Positions 12,533 through 22,370 of a stretch of 64,000 bases of DNA are shown here, piece after piece. The stretch covers positions 64,001 through 128,000 of the forward strand of contig CAVUZH010000001.1 in NCBI GenBank assembly GCA_963745835.1, read 5' to 3'. The DNA is from an uncultured delta proteobacterium (GTDB lineage: Bacteria > Desulfobacterota > Binatia > UBA9968). Under the pieces are notes generated by a model. It worked only from the letters and a program-made list of their open reading frames with translations. It ran no database searches and was not told the origin of the DNA. The stretch's first letter is position 1; every line of letters begins with the position of its first letter. A program made the position numbers and the translations under genes.

Positions 12533-14782
12533 ATGAATTTGAAAGTTGTCGGTCGCCCCATCAGCCGCGTTGACGGACCCGATAAGGTCAGCGGCAACAC
12601 GGTCTACACCGCCGATGTGCAGTTGCCCGGCATGTTGTGGGGGAAATGTTTGCGCAGCCCCTATGCTCATGCGCGCATCGTTTCCATCAACACGGAACCG
12701 GCGAAAAAGGTTGAAGGTGTGCGCGCCGTTCTGACCGGTGAGGATCTCCCGGATAAGCGGGTCGGATTGAGCCTGCAAGACACGCCGCTCCTAGCGATCG
12801 GCAAGGTACGGTTTATCGGGGAGAAAGTTGTCGCGGTGGCCGCCGAAGATCGCGATGCTGCCGAAGAGGCTCTCTCGGTCATAGAAGTCGAGTACGAAGA
12901 ACTGCCGGCTGTGTTCGATGCGCCTCAGGCAATGAGCAGCGGTGCGCCGCTGGTTCATGAGGAATTGGCGACATACGCTGGTTTCAAAGCGCCGGGCGAC
13001 GAAATTCCCAACGTCTTTGCCATGCAGAAATGGACCGCTGGAGATATCGCGGCCGGCTTCGACGAAGCGGATCTAGTCGTCGAGCATACTTTTAGAACCT
13101 CAGTTGCGCATCAAGCCTATATCGAACCGCACTCCGCGATCGTGGCCGTGGATAGCTCGGAGCGTGTCGACATCTGGGCGTCGTGCAAGGCGCCGTTCCG
13201 GGTGAAGTCACACCTGTCGCGCCAATTAGAGATTCCCAAAGAAAAGATTCGCGTCCATGTCGTTGCCGTTGGCGGCGATTTCGGCGGCAAGGGCGCCTTG
13301 ATGGACATTCCCATTTGTTACGAGCTCGCCAAGGCCACTCGAACACCGGTGAAAATGGTCATGACCTATGCGGAAGAGCTAGTCGCCGGCGATCCACGCC
13401 ATTCCTCGATGATCAAGATCAAAAGCGGGGTCAAGAAAGACGGTACTCTCACAGCACGTGAAACCGAAGTGATCTTCAACAGCGGCGCGTATGCATCGTT
13501 TAAGCCCGGCGATCCGCCGAATCTCGGCGGGGCAACCTTTACCAATGGTGTTTACCATATCCCACATTACTCAATCCGGTCCTATGGCGTTTACACCAAT
13601 TCTGTGCCGTGCGGCTATTATCGCGCTCCCGGTCAACCCCAGGCGGTGTTTGCCGCCGAGTCTCACATGGATTTGATCGCCCAAGAGTTGCGTATGGATC
13701 CGCTCGAATTGCGGCTAAAAAATCTCCTGCGCGACGGTGAGAAGTTAGCCGGTGGCCGGGCCGTCGATAAGGTGCGGGTGCGCGAAACTTTGCAGGCGGC
13801 GGCGCACAAGGCCGGTTGGGGAAAAAAGAACGGCAACAATACCGGTCTCGGGATCGGCGTCTCTTTCCGACATGTCGGCGGCTCCGGTAAAGCGAGCGCG
13901 GAGCTTTCTCTGTCCGCTGACGGTAAACTCAAGATCTTAACCGCGGTGCCGGATATCGGCACTGGAACGCATACCTTGCTGCGGCAAATCGCCGCGGAAG
14001 TTTTAACAGTTCCGCCTGAACTGATTTCGAATGAAATCGGCGATACCGAAAGCTTTGAAAGCGACGCCGCTCCGGGAGGCAGCAAGATTACCAATATGAG
14101 CGGCCATGTGGTGCTGCAGGCGGCGGAACAGCTGCGCCAGCGATTGACTCCTGTCGCCGCCTCACTTCTCGGTTGCGCTGTGACTGACGTGGTTCTGCAG
14201 AACGGCCGCTTCGGCAGCGCTTTGAATAAAAAGCGATGGATCGAATTTGGCACGGTGGCGCAGGAGGCAACCAAGCCTAACGGTGAGCTGCGCATACGTG
14301 AAACCTTCGAGGTAAAAGGCCGCTCACCGGTGCCGGCCTTTGTGGTGCAGATCGCCGAAGTTCAAGTCGATGTCGAAACCGGCCAGCTGCGGGTAAAACG
14401 GATCGTTACGGCGCACGATGTCGGCACAGTGATAAACCCCGTGGCGCATCAAGGCCAGATCGAAGGCGGTTTGGTTCAGGGGTTGGGTTACGCCACTCTC
14501 GAGGAGGTGATGACCGAACAGGGCAAAGTTCTCACGGCGAATTTAGGCGACTACCGCATTCCGTGCCCGCGGGATTTACCGGCTTTGGAAACGGTGCTGA
14601 TCGAGGATCCAACAGGGCCAGGGCCATTTGCCGCCAAGCAGATCGGCGAAAACGGGATTATCGCCACGGCTCCGGCGATCGCCAACGCTATCGCGGCTGC
14701 CGTGGGCGTGAGGCTGTTTGATATTCCTCTGACTTCAGAGAAAATTTACCGGGCGTTGAAACCGTCCACGCCTGCCGCATAG
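12533..14782 (+). CDS. Xanthine dehydrogenase-family molybdopterin-binding large subunit
   Basis: RSPYAHARI, GGDFGGKG, YRAPG, GQIEGG, AKQIGE. Confidence 0.92.
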   Translation: MNLKVVGRPISRVDGPDKVSGNTVYTADVQLPGMLWGKCLRSPYAHARIVSINTEPAKKVEGVRAVLTGEDLPDKRVGLSLQDTPLLAIGKVRFIGEKVVAVAAEDRDAAEEALSVIEVEYEELPAVFDAPQAMSSGAPLVHEELATYAGFKAPGDEIPNVFAMQKWTAGDIAAGFDEADLVVEHTFRTSVAHQAYIEPHSAIVAVDSSERVDIWASCKAPFRVKSHLSRQLEIPKEKIRVHVVAVGGDFGGKGALMDIPICYELAKATRTPVKMVMTYAEELVAGDPRHSSMIKIKSGVKKDGTLTARETEVIFNSGAYASFKPGDPPNLGGATFTNGVYHIPHYSIRSYGVYTNSVPCGYYRAPGQPQAVFAAESHMDLIAQELRMDPLELRLKNLLRDGEKLAGGRAVDKVRVRETLQAAAHKAGWGKKNGNNTGLGIGVSFRHVGGSGKASAELSLSADGKLKILTAVPDIGTGTHTLLRQIAAEVLTVPPELISNEIGDTESFESDAAPGGSKITNMSGHVVLQAAEQLRQRLTPVAASLLGCAVTDVVLQNGRFGSALNKKRWIEFGTVAQEATKPNGELRIRETFEVKGRSPVPAFVVQIAEVQVDVETGQLRVKRIVTAHDVGTVINPVAHQGQIEGGLVQGLGYATLEEVMTEQGKVLTANLGDYRIPCPRDLPALETVLIEDPTGPGPFAAKQIGENGIIATAPAIANAIAAAVGVRLFDIPLTSEKIYRALKPSTPAA

Positions 14783-14889
14783 GCGATGCCGTGCGGCCGA
14801 TATCAAGGCATCGTCCGTAATCCCCGTAAATCGATGAGACAGATGTCTGCGCAGCGGAGATAAGTTCATTTCGGAGAGAAGCAACTTCG

Positions 14890-15741
14890 ATGATTCGTGC
14901 CGTAGGATTAGTAGCAAAATATCACGAGCCCAAGGCCACCGAGATGGCCCGTTGGCTCGTCCCCTGGTTAAAGAAACGAGGTCTGAAGGTTTACGTGGAA
15001 AATGGCATTTCCCGTAGCGGCGGTATCTCTTCGAGCAAGAAAGAGATGGCGGCCAAAGCTGATCTGATTATTTCCTTGGGCGGCGACGGGACTTTGCTCA
15101 ATATCGCGCCGTTGGTCGAAAGGCCGGATGTGCCGATTCTCGGGGTCAATCTAGGCGGTCTCGGATTCATCACCGAAGTTGCGGCCGATGAATTAGAGTC
15201 GGTTCTGACGCAGACGCTGGAGGGTGAATACCAAACAGAGCAGCGCATGACTTTGGAAATTCAGGTCCAAAGTAAAAACGGAATAGCTCATCGCTTTCGC
15301 GTTTTAAATGACGCGGTGATCACCAAAGGAGCGCGCAGCCGCATCATCAATCTGGAAACCTATCTCGATGGCGAATATTTATGTAACTACCGGGCTGACG
15401 GGTTGATTATTTCGACGCCCACGGGTTCGACCGCTTATTCCCTCGCGGCCGGGGGGCCGATTTTGGCGCCGGCGCTCAGCGCCATCATCCTGACTCCCCT
15501 ATGTCCTCACACATTGACCAACCGACCGATCGTGGTGCCTGGTGTGGCGGGAATACAGGTTACGCTTCGCTCTTTTGGCGATACCGTTTTCTTGAGTCCC
15601 GACGGACAACAGGGTGTTCGGCTCGAGAACGGCGACAAAGTCGAGGCACGCGACTACGGCCTGCCGGTATCGTTGATAAAGTTGCCGAGCCGCAGTTACT
15701 ATGAAATTTTGCGCGAGAAACTGAAATGGGGGGAACGTTAA
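14890..15741 (+). CDS. nadK: NAD kinase
   Basis: GGDGTLL, LNDAVI, DGLIISTPTGSTAYSLAAGGP; upstream of recN. Confidence 0.96.
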   Translation: MIRAVGLVAKYHEPKATEMARWLVPWLKKRGLKVYVENGISRSGGISSSKKEMAAKADLIISLGGDGTLLNIAPLVERPDVPILGVNLGGLGFITEVAADELESVLTQTLEGEYQTEQRMTLEIQVQSKNGIAHRFRVLNDAVITKGARSRIINLETYLDGEYLCNYRADGLIISTPTGSTAYSLAAGGPILAPALSAIILTPLCPHTLTNRPIVVPGVAGIQVTLRSFGDTVFLSPDGQQGVRLENGDKVEARDYGLPVSLIKLPSRSYYEILREKLKWGER

Positions 15742-15748
15742 GCGGGTT

Positions 15749-17458
15749 ATGTTGCGCGAACTCCGGATTAAGAACTTTGCCATCATCGACGAGGTCGTTC
15801 TGCAACTTGGCCAGGGCCTTAACATCATTACCGGCGAAACCGGCGCAGGCAAATCGATTATCCTTAGCGCGTTGGGACTTATCTCCGGGGAGCGCGGCAG
15901 TTCGGAGATTATCAGACACAAAGAAGAGGAGGCCACAGTCGAAGCTTTATTCGAAACCGTGCCGCCAGCACTCAGCGCTGACTTAAGCGAAGCCGGTTTC
16001 GAGGTCGAAGGCGAACTGGTTATCAAGCGCATCCTCAACCGCTCGGGTAAAAACCGGATTTATTTAAACGGCAGTCTCTGTCCATTAGGCTTGCTCTCGC
16101 AGGTGGGCGCTTCTCTCGTGCACATCTACGGCCAGCACGAGCACCATACGTTGCTGCAGTCGGAAACCCACTTAAACCTGCTCGACGCTTTTGCTGATCT
16201 CGATGCCATGGCGAGATCCATGAAGCAGCGCTTCGAAGGCTTATCCCACGCCTGGAGCAGTCTGAATGATACCCGTGAGGCTTTGGAACAGCAGCGCCGG
16301 GAGAAAGCGCTCTTAGAAGCTCAGGCTGAAGAGATTGCCAAATCCGGCTTGAAGCCCGGCGAAGAAGAGGAGCTGCGCTCGAGCAGAAATATTCTGGCGC
16401 ACTCGGAAAGACTCTACCAGGGTTGTCGTGAAGGGGAGGAGATCCTTTACGAAGGGGAGTCCGCGCTCGTCGGCCGTTTGGGAAAATACGTCGGGAGGGC
16501 GCGCGAGTTGGCGGCCATTGATCAGGAATTGACCCCGACGTTTGAATTACTTGAATCTTCACTGGCGCAACTGCAAGAGGCGGCGTTACAACTGGGGCGT
16601 TATGCCGATCGAGTTCATTTTGATCCGCGCGCGCTGGAGCAACTCGATGATCGTCTCGCCGAGATTCAGCGTCTCAAACGCAAGTACAACGGCGATATCG
16701 AAGAGATTCTGCGCCTACAAACCGGGATTCAGGTCACATTGGAAAATCTGCAGCAAGGCGAAGCACAGATCCTGAACCTTGAAAAATCCTTTGAGGAGGC
16801 GCGTCAAGCCGCGTGGGACATGGCGGAGAAACTCTCCGGTGACAGGCAGCGCGCAGCCAAGAAATTAAAGCGGGAATTGGAAAAGGAAATCCGCGGGCTG
16901 GGAATGCCTGACACGGTATTCGAGGTGCGCTTCAGACGCCAGGATGAGGAAAACGACAATCCGCCGTTTTTCATTGCCGGTAAAAAACTTACCGAACGAG
17001 GTATGGATCAGGTTGAGTTTTATTTCTCGCCTAATCCCGGAGAACCGGTGAAACCTTTAGCCAAGATTGCTTCCGGCGGCGAACTCTCCCGGCTTATGCT
17101 CGCTCTCAAAGCACTAGTGCTCACCCCGGGTGTCGTCTCGACCCTTCTATTCGACGAAGTCGATACCGGAATCGGTGGCAGGGTGGCCGAGATCGTCGGA
17201 AAAAAGCTCAAGCAAGTGGCCGGTTTGCATCAAGTCATCAGCGTGACTCACCTGCCTCAGATCGCCGCGATGGCGGACTCTCATTATGTCGTGCGCAAAG
17301 AAGTTGATAACCGGCGAACCTTCACTCAGGTCGAGCGCCTTTCGGAAGCGGAGAGAGTCTCCGAGGTGGCGCGCATGCTGGGAGGCGTCAAAATTACCGA
17401 ACGAACCCTGCGTCACGCCGAAGAATTGATCGAGGCAACGGTGAAGACCAGATCATAA
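15749..17458 (+). CDS. recN: DNA repair protein RecN
   Basis: TGETGAGKS, SGGELSR, LFDEVDTGIGG, THLPQIA. Confidence 0.97.
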   Translation: MLRELRIKNFAIIDEVVLQLGQGLNIITGETGAGKSIILSALGLISGERGSSEIIRHKEEEATVEALFETVPPALSADLSEAGFEVEGELVIKRILNRSGKNRIYLNGSLCPLGLLSQVGASLVHIYGQHEHHTLLQSETHLNLLDAFADLDAMARSMKQRFEGLSHAWSSLNDTREALEQQRREKALLEAQAEEIAKSGLKPGEEEELRSSRNILAHSERLYQGCREGEEILYEGESALVGRLGKYVGRARELAAIDQELTPTFELLESSLAQLQEAALQLGRYADRVHFDPRALEQLDDRLAEIQRLKRKYNGDIEEILRLQTGIQVTLENLQQGEAQILNLEKSFEEARQAAWDMAEKLSGDRQRAAKKLKRELEKEIRGLGMPDTVFEVRFRRQDEENDNPPFFIAGKKLTERGMDQVEFYFSPNPGEPVKPLAKIASGGELSRLMLALKALVLTPGVVSTLLFDEVDTGIGGRVAEIVGKKLKQVAGLHQVISVTHLPQIAAMADSHYVVRKEVDNRRTFTQVERLSEAERVSEVARMLGGVKITERTLRHAEELIEATVKTRS

Positions 17459-17462
17459 AAGC

Positions 17463-17618
17463 TTAGCAGGGTGCTGAAAAAAAGCCTCTTGCAGGCTGCT
17501 TAAAAAGATCCAGAGGCCAGGCGCGCGAAAAATCGACGAGCGGAGGCGTACTACAGTACGTCGCAGCGAGGTGATTGAGCGGCAACGAAGCATATGGTCT
17601 TTTTCAGCAGCCTGTTAG
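17463..17618. mobile_element. MITE-like ~156-bp element with ~19-bp terminal inverted repeats, copy 2 (best preserved)
   Basis: TTAGCAGGGTGCTGAAAAA ... TTTTTCAGCAGCCTGTTAG; no coding capacity; related copies at 11228 and 25285. Confidence 0.7.
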
Positions 17619-17755
17619 AGGAAAAAGTCATATCAGGGAGTTCGAGAAGGTTGTGAATTGCTGATTTGACTTTTGCGAATCGTTTATCGATATTACGAAG
17701 TACAATGGTGGTTAGCAGCAGAAATGCTCCGTCTTTTCCGCCTTAATCTTTTCGT

Positions 17756-17831
<76 letters not shown>

Positions 17832-18173
17832 AAAATCAATAACTCGCATGCCATTTAAATTCTCTCCACTTTCAAATTGTCCGTGTTCTGTCATTGATTG
17901 GCCCTTAACGCGACTATTTTCTCCGTAGTTTGATCCTCAACATGCATCTGCAGCTTCTCTGTGGTGGTTCTAGAGAGGCTGTGAATTTAAGCCGTTATTC
18001 TTCGTCCCTACACTCGAGCTTCATCAACCAGTCCCATATGCACAGAACTCGGTTATCGAAGTCTTTGCGCCGACAATCCCTTGAGTTTGCCTATTGTGCG
18101 GCACTCCCGAGATAACTCTGTTGGACTTTACCCTATCCTTTTTTCGCATGAAATCGTTATAGGAGAGGCAACC

Positions 18174-19202
18174 ATGACAATTTATCTCGGAACGATCAGG
18201 TGCGTACAAGATGCTTACAAAAGAATAGCGATGATTTTTCTGGCGCTTATGTTTTTACCTTCCCACGCATCCGGGCAATCTGTGCCAAAAATCCGCATGG
18301 CGTATACGTCAATCGCAATTCAGTTCACCCCAGTTTATTTGATGAAGGAGCTCGATCTCGGGCGAAAGCAGGGACTCGATGTAGAGATATTGATGATTCC
18401 GGTGAGCTCACGCGCGGTGCAGTCGGCTTTGGCTGGCGAACTTCATTTCATTACCAGCGGCGGTGTCGCTAACATCAACGCCAATATGGCCGGCGCCGAT
18501 TTTGTCGGCATCACATCAACGATCAATACGCTCGTTTATAAAATTCTAGCTCAACCCTCAATTAAAGAACCGGGACAGCTCAAGGGAAAGAAAATCGCCA
18601 TTTCACGGCTCGGCGGAGTTAGCGATTTCTCGGTGCGCTTCGGTCTTGACCGCTGGGGACTCGTGCCTGACAAAGACGCCGCTCTTATCCAGATCGGCGG
18701 CGATCCGGAAGCATACCTAGCGCTCCAAAACAAAGCTGTCGACGCCGCGGCTCTATCCGAGCCTTTCGCCACGATGGCGCAACGTGAAGGTTATTCTCTG
18801 GTTTCAGACCTGAGCCAGTTGAATATCCCTTTTACACATCATGGCATCGGCGCGCGCAAACAGCTGATCCGTGACCGTCGTGAGACTGCCGTGCGCTTCT
18901 TGCGCGCATATCTAGAAGGCATTTACGTTTTCAAGACCAATAAAGACTTGTCCCTAAAAACCTTCCAGAAAGTCGCGCGATTGAGCGATCTTTCCCTGGT
19001 TCAAAGCATTTACGACGACTATAGTCAGCGTCTAATCCCGGCCGTGCCATATCCCACTCCCGCTGGCATCCAAACCATCATCGACCAACTCGCAAAAACC
19101 CGCGCGCAAGCCAAGACTCTCAATCCCAACGACTTCATCGATGCATCCATCTTAAAAGAGATTGAAGACAGCGGCTTTATAAAGCGTTTGTATGGAAGAT
19201 AG
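18174..19202 (+). CDS. ABC transporter substrate-binding protein (NMT1/THI5/SsuA-like), orphan
   Basis: Signal peptide, LKGKKIAISRLGG, VDAAALSEP; AGGAG SD. Confidence 0.85.
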   Translation: MTIYLGTIRCVQDAYKRIAMIFLALMFLPSHASGQSVPKIRMAYTSIAIQFTPVYLMKELDLGRKQGLDVEILMIPVSSRAVQSALAGELHFITSGGVANINANMAGADFVGITSTINTLVYKILAQPSIKEPGQLKGKKIAISRLGGVSDFSVRFGLDRWGLVPDKDAALIQIGGDPEAYLALQNKAVDAAALSEPFATMAQREGYSLVSDLSQLNIPFTHHGIGARKQLIRDRRETAVRFLRAYLEGIYVFKTNKDLSLKTFQKVARLSDLSLVQSIYDDYSQRLIPAVPYPTPAGIQTIIDQLAKTRAQAKTLNPNDFIDASILKEIEDSGFIKRLYGR

Positions 19203-19487
19203 ATCGATCGCTCGGAGCACGTAGTGGGTTGAGCAAAACGGAAATGAGGCAGCGAAATAGCAGGGCTGAATGTTGTCCGATCTACGAAGGTAGCCAGCTC
19301 TGATGGTGGCAGCCGGCACCGCTTCTGAAGCCTCCCTAGTCATGTTGCTAATTTAACGAGCAGTAATTTACGTTCGTGTGGGTGTGCTCGGGTGTTTGAC
19401 CAATCATCGCTTTGAGCGATATAGCAAGTGCGTAACTTGATCTTCAGTTCATCTAGGAAAGCGGAGATAGAATTAAGGAGGTGCAAT

Positions 19488-19844
19488 ATGAGCCGGATCC
19501 GTCACATTGCTATCGTTACTTCGAACCAGGAAAAGCTGGGAAACTTTTACAAGACTGCTTTCGGAATGAAGGAGGTGAAGGGTATTGGGTCAGCACTTTA
19601 CCTTTCTGACGGATATATGAATCTCGCTATTATTAAGAAGACGCCTGAACTGAAGGTCGGCGAGGGCCTCTATCATTTCGGTTTCGAGGTAGACGATGTC
19701 GCGCCGCTTAGAGACGTTGTCAAAGAGGTCGGAGCTTCCAGTGAAGTACAACCTAGACCAAAAAATCGTGACGCTGAATTCAGGGTTCACGATCCGGATG
19801 GGAACGCCATCGATCTTGTATGCTCCAGGAAATGGCCCGTATAG
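19488..19844 (+). CDS. VOC/glyoxalase family protein (paralog 1)
   Basis: IRHIAI, LSDG.MNLA, GLYHFGFEVDD, DPDGNAIDL. Confidence 0.9.
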   Translation: MSRIRHIAIVTSNQEKLGNFYKTAFGMKEVKGIGSALYLSDGYMNLAIIKKTPELKVGEGLYHFGFEVDDVAPLRDVVKEVGASSEVQPRPKNRDAEFRVHDPDGNAIDLVCSRKWPV

Positions 19845-20044
19845 AAGGCTCGCGCTCGGATTATCGAGGACTGCACATCGGCCTGCGTTCTCGGGATCGA
19901 TCTCGCCATAACAGTTGACCCGGTAGAAGATGGTTGATGATAGCAAAGATACGCGGAGGGGATTGACCCGGCGGATAGCGATGCTCACCAGGAAATGTAG
20001 CTCAGAACTGCATGACAACTACAGTATTAGTAAGGAGGATTAAC

Positions 20045-20470
20045 ATGGGCGTTGAAATCATTGATCTAGTGGAACTCGCACGTCGAGAAAAACGTCGAAA
20101 GGTTGTGTTCAATACGCCACGTTGTCACGCATGGGTCCACTACTATCCGAATCCCGGCGAGAGAGACGACATGCATTGTCACAACGCGGATCAGACATTT
20201 TATGTCATTGACGGCGAATGCACCATGCATTTTCCTGATGGTGGCAAGGCGGTAATGAAGCCGGGAATGGTTGCCACCATTACCGGTGGATCCTTCTATC
20301 AATTGGAAAATAGCGGTGATGGCCCGATGATAATGATGGGCAATCGCTCCGGACCTTCTGAAGCTATCCAACACATCAACTATGAGCTTCGAAAGGACAT
20401 TAAAAAACTCAGCAAAGAGGAATTAGAGCGCGCCAATATCCCTCATATTTCGATGCAGGGAAGAAGTTAA
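20045..20470 (+). CDS. Cupin domain protein
   Basis: MHCHNADQTFYVIDGE, MKPGMV; strong SD. Confidence 0.85.
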   Translation: MGVEIIDLVELARREKRRKVVFNTPRCHAWVHYYPNPGERDDMHCHNADQTFYVIDGECTMHFPDGGKAVMKPGMVATITGGSFYQLENSGDGPMIMMGNRSGPSEAIQHINYELRKDIKKLSKEELERANIPHISMQGRS

Positions 20471-20496
20471 TTGATCAAATGTTGCGGAGGTGTCCC

Positions 20497-21546
20497 ATGA
20501 AACCAGTAGCTATGGCTTGGCTTGGGATGTTTCTCGGGCTGATGCCGAATTTATCATGGGCCCAGCCGGATTTTTATCGAGGCAAACTGATTACGCTCAT
20601 CCAAGACAGCACGCCGGGTGGGGTGGGCCAGCTCCGAACCCAGGCATTGCTCCCTGTTTTGCAGAAGCACATTCCCGGTGAACCAAGGATCGTAATGCAG
20701 TTCATGCCAGGCGCTGGAGGCAGAACGGCTGCGAATCATCTTTACAACAATGCGCCGCGCGACGGCTTAACCATTGGTCGGGTGAGCAGTGGACTGGTAA
20801 CGTCTGCCATTCTCGGGCTGCCGGGCGTTCAATATGACATCAATAAACTGATTTACTTGGGCTCTGGTCACAACGAGGTAAACAACGTCTTTTTTTCACG
20901 GAGTCAACTCGGTCTGGATAACCTCAATAAACTCAGAGCAGCTACAGGGTTGAGGATCGGAGGACAGTCGGTTGGCCACTCCAACTATGTGATTGCCAGA
21001 CTTTTTGCATGGCTGCTTGATTTAAAAGAACCCCGGTTTGTGGTGGGCTTTTCCGGAGCGGAAATGGACGTAGCTCTCATGCAAGGCGAGCTGGATGCTC
21101 GCGCGAATAGTGCAGAAACCGTAGTTCAGCGTACGCCTCAATTCATTAACGAGCGACTTATGAACTTCCATGGTGTAGCCGAGATTCCGCACGGATATCG
21201 CTACAAGCATCCGGCCTTCGGCGAGCTCCCCGCACTGCACAGCTTTAGTAAGACTGACAAGGAAAAAAGAGTGCTGGATATGTTCGCTGCGTTCGGCCGT
21301 TTCAGCCAAGCTTTTGTTCTACCACCAGGCACTCCAAATGACCGGGTGAGAACTCTTAAAGACGCTTTCAGGAAGTCATGGAAAGACCCTGAATTTCATG
21401 CAAACTGGACAAAGATGACTCGTGCAGATCCTTCCCCTCTGATGCCCGAGGAGTTAGAAGAGCTAGTTAAAAATATCCCTAGAGACCCGGAAGACATTAA
21501 GCTTTACAACACGATCGCTGGAGCAGATCCCTTGCCGAGGCGGTAA
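20497..21546 (+). CDS. Bug/TctC-like tripartite tricarboxylate transporter substrate-binding protein, orphan
   Basis: Signal peptide, DFYRGK.I, HIPGEP, MPGAGG, DGLTIG, LPPGTP. Confidence 0.85.
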   Translation: MKPVAMAWLGMFLGLMPNLSWAQPDFYRGKLITLIQDSTPGGVGQLRTQALLPVLQKHIPGEPRIVMQFMPGAGGRTAANHLYNNAPRDGLTIGRVSSGLVTSAILGLPGVQYDINKLIYLGSGHNEVNNVFFSRSQLGLDNLNKLRAATGLRIGGQSVGHSNYVIARLFAWLLDLKEPRFVVGFSGAEMDVALMQGELDARANSAETVVQRTPQFINERLMNFHGVAEIPHGYRYKHPAFGELPALHSFSKTDKEKRVLDMFAAFGRFSQAFVLPPGTPNDRVRTLKDAFRKSWKDPEFHANWTKMTRADPSPLMPEELEELVKNIPRDPEDIKLYNTIAGADPLPRR

Positions 21547-21623
21547 CGATGTTGGCACACTCTACCTCAATCGTTTTTGACGGTAGCGGCTTCGGTTAGA
21601 AATTACATGCAGGAGGATTGCAG

Positions 21624-21971
21624 ATGCCTAAGATTCGCCATATTGCTATCGTGAGTTCAAACCGTGAAAAGTTAGCAGAATTTTATAAACAAGCCTTCGG
21701 GATGAAACAGGTGCAAGGCGAAGGAGGTGCTATTTACTTGTCGGACGGTTCTATAAACCTCGCCCTGAACCCACACTATGCCGGACGAGAACCCGGTCTT
21801 TATCATTTTGGTTTTGAAGTCGAGGATCTCGACATTTTAAAAAAGAAGCTTAAAGAAGCGGGCGCAGGTAGCGAGGTTCAGAGGCGGCCGCGGAATCGAG
21901 AAGCCGAGTACCGGGTTCTCGACCCAGACGGTAATCCCATCGACCTTTCAACTCACGGCTGGCCAACCTAA
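21624..21971 (+). CDS. VOC/glyoxalase family protein (paralog 2)
   Basis: IRHIAI, LSDGSINLA, GLYHFGFEV, DPDGNPIDL. Confidence 0.9.
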   Translation: MPKIRHIAIVSSNREKLAEFYKQAFGMKQVQGEGGAIYLSDGSINLALNPHYAGREPGLYHFGFEVEDLDILKKKLKEAGAGSEVQRRPRNREAEYRVLDPDGNPIDLSTHGWPT

Positions 21972-22019
21972 TCACTTACCCGTGCTGACAAGAATGGATA
22001 TTCATGAAGGGAGGCGCAA

Positions 22020-22370
22020 ATGCCAAGAATACGTCATCTCGCAATCGTAAGTCCAAACCGAGAGCGTCTGGTAAATTTCTATACGACCGCCTTCGATATG
22101 AGAGTCGTCTATGGTCGCCCGACTAGCACACATCTTTCCGATGGAGATTTCAATTTAGCCATCGTCGATCAAAAACCTGACCTGAAGCCAGGACTCTATG
22201 TCCTCGGTTTTGATGTTGATGATCTCCACGACTTGGAAGGGAGCCTTAAGAAAGCCGGCGCCTCTTCAGAGCTTACACCGATGCCGAAGGACCATGATGC
22301 TGAGTTTAGAGTTCTTGATCCAGATGGGAACCACCTTGATCTCGCGATACATGGGTGGTGCGTTGTTTAG
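22020..22370 (+). CDS. VOC/glyoxalase family protein (paralog 3)
   Basis: IRHLAI, LSDGDFNLA, GLYVLGFDV, DPDGNHLDL. Confidence 0.88.
   Translation: MPRIRHLAIVSPNRERLVNFYTTAFDMRVVYGRPTSTHLSDGDFNLAIVDQKPDLKPGLYVLGFDVDDLHDLEGSLKKAGASSELTPMPKDHDAEFRVLDPDGNHLDLAIHGWCVV

Noticed and set aside
13663-14295. Long antisense ORFs (also 28507-29163, 30777-31445, 59818-60654)
   Set aside because: Shadows of well-supported genes on the opposite strand, with no motifs of their own.
12533-14782. Aerobic CO dehydrogenase CoxL
   Set aside because: Has YYRAPG rather than the AYxCSFR active-site motif; no coxMS genes adjacent.
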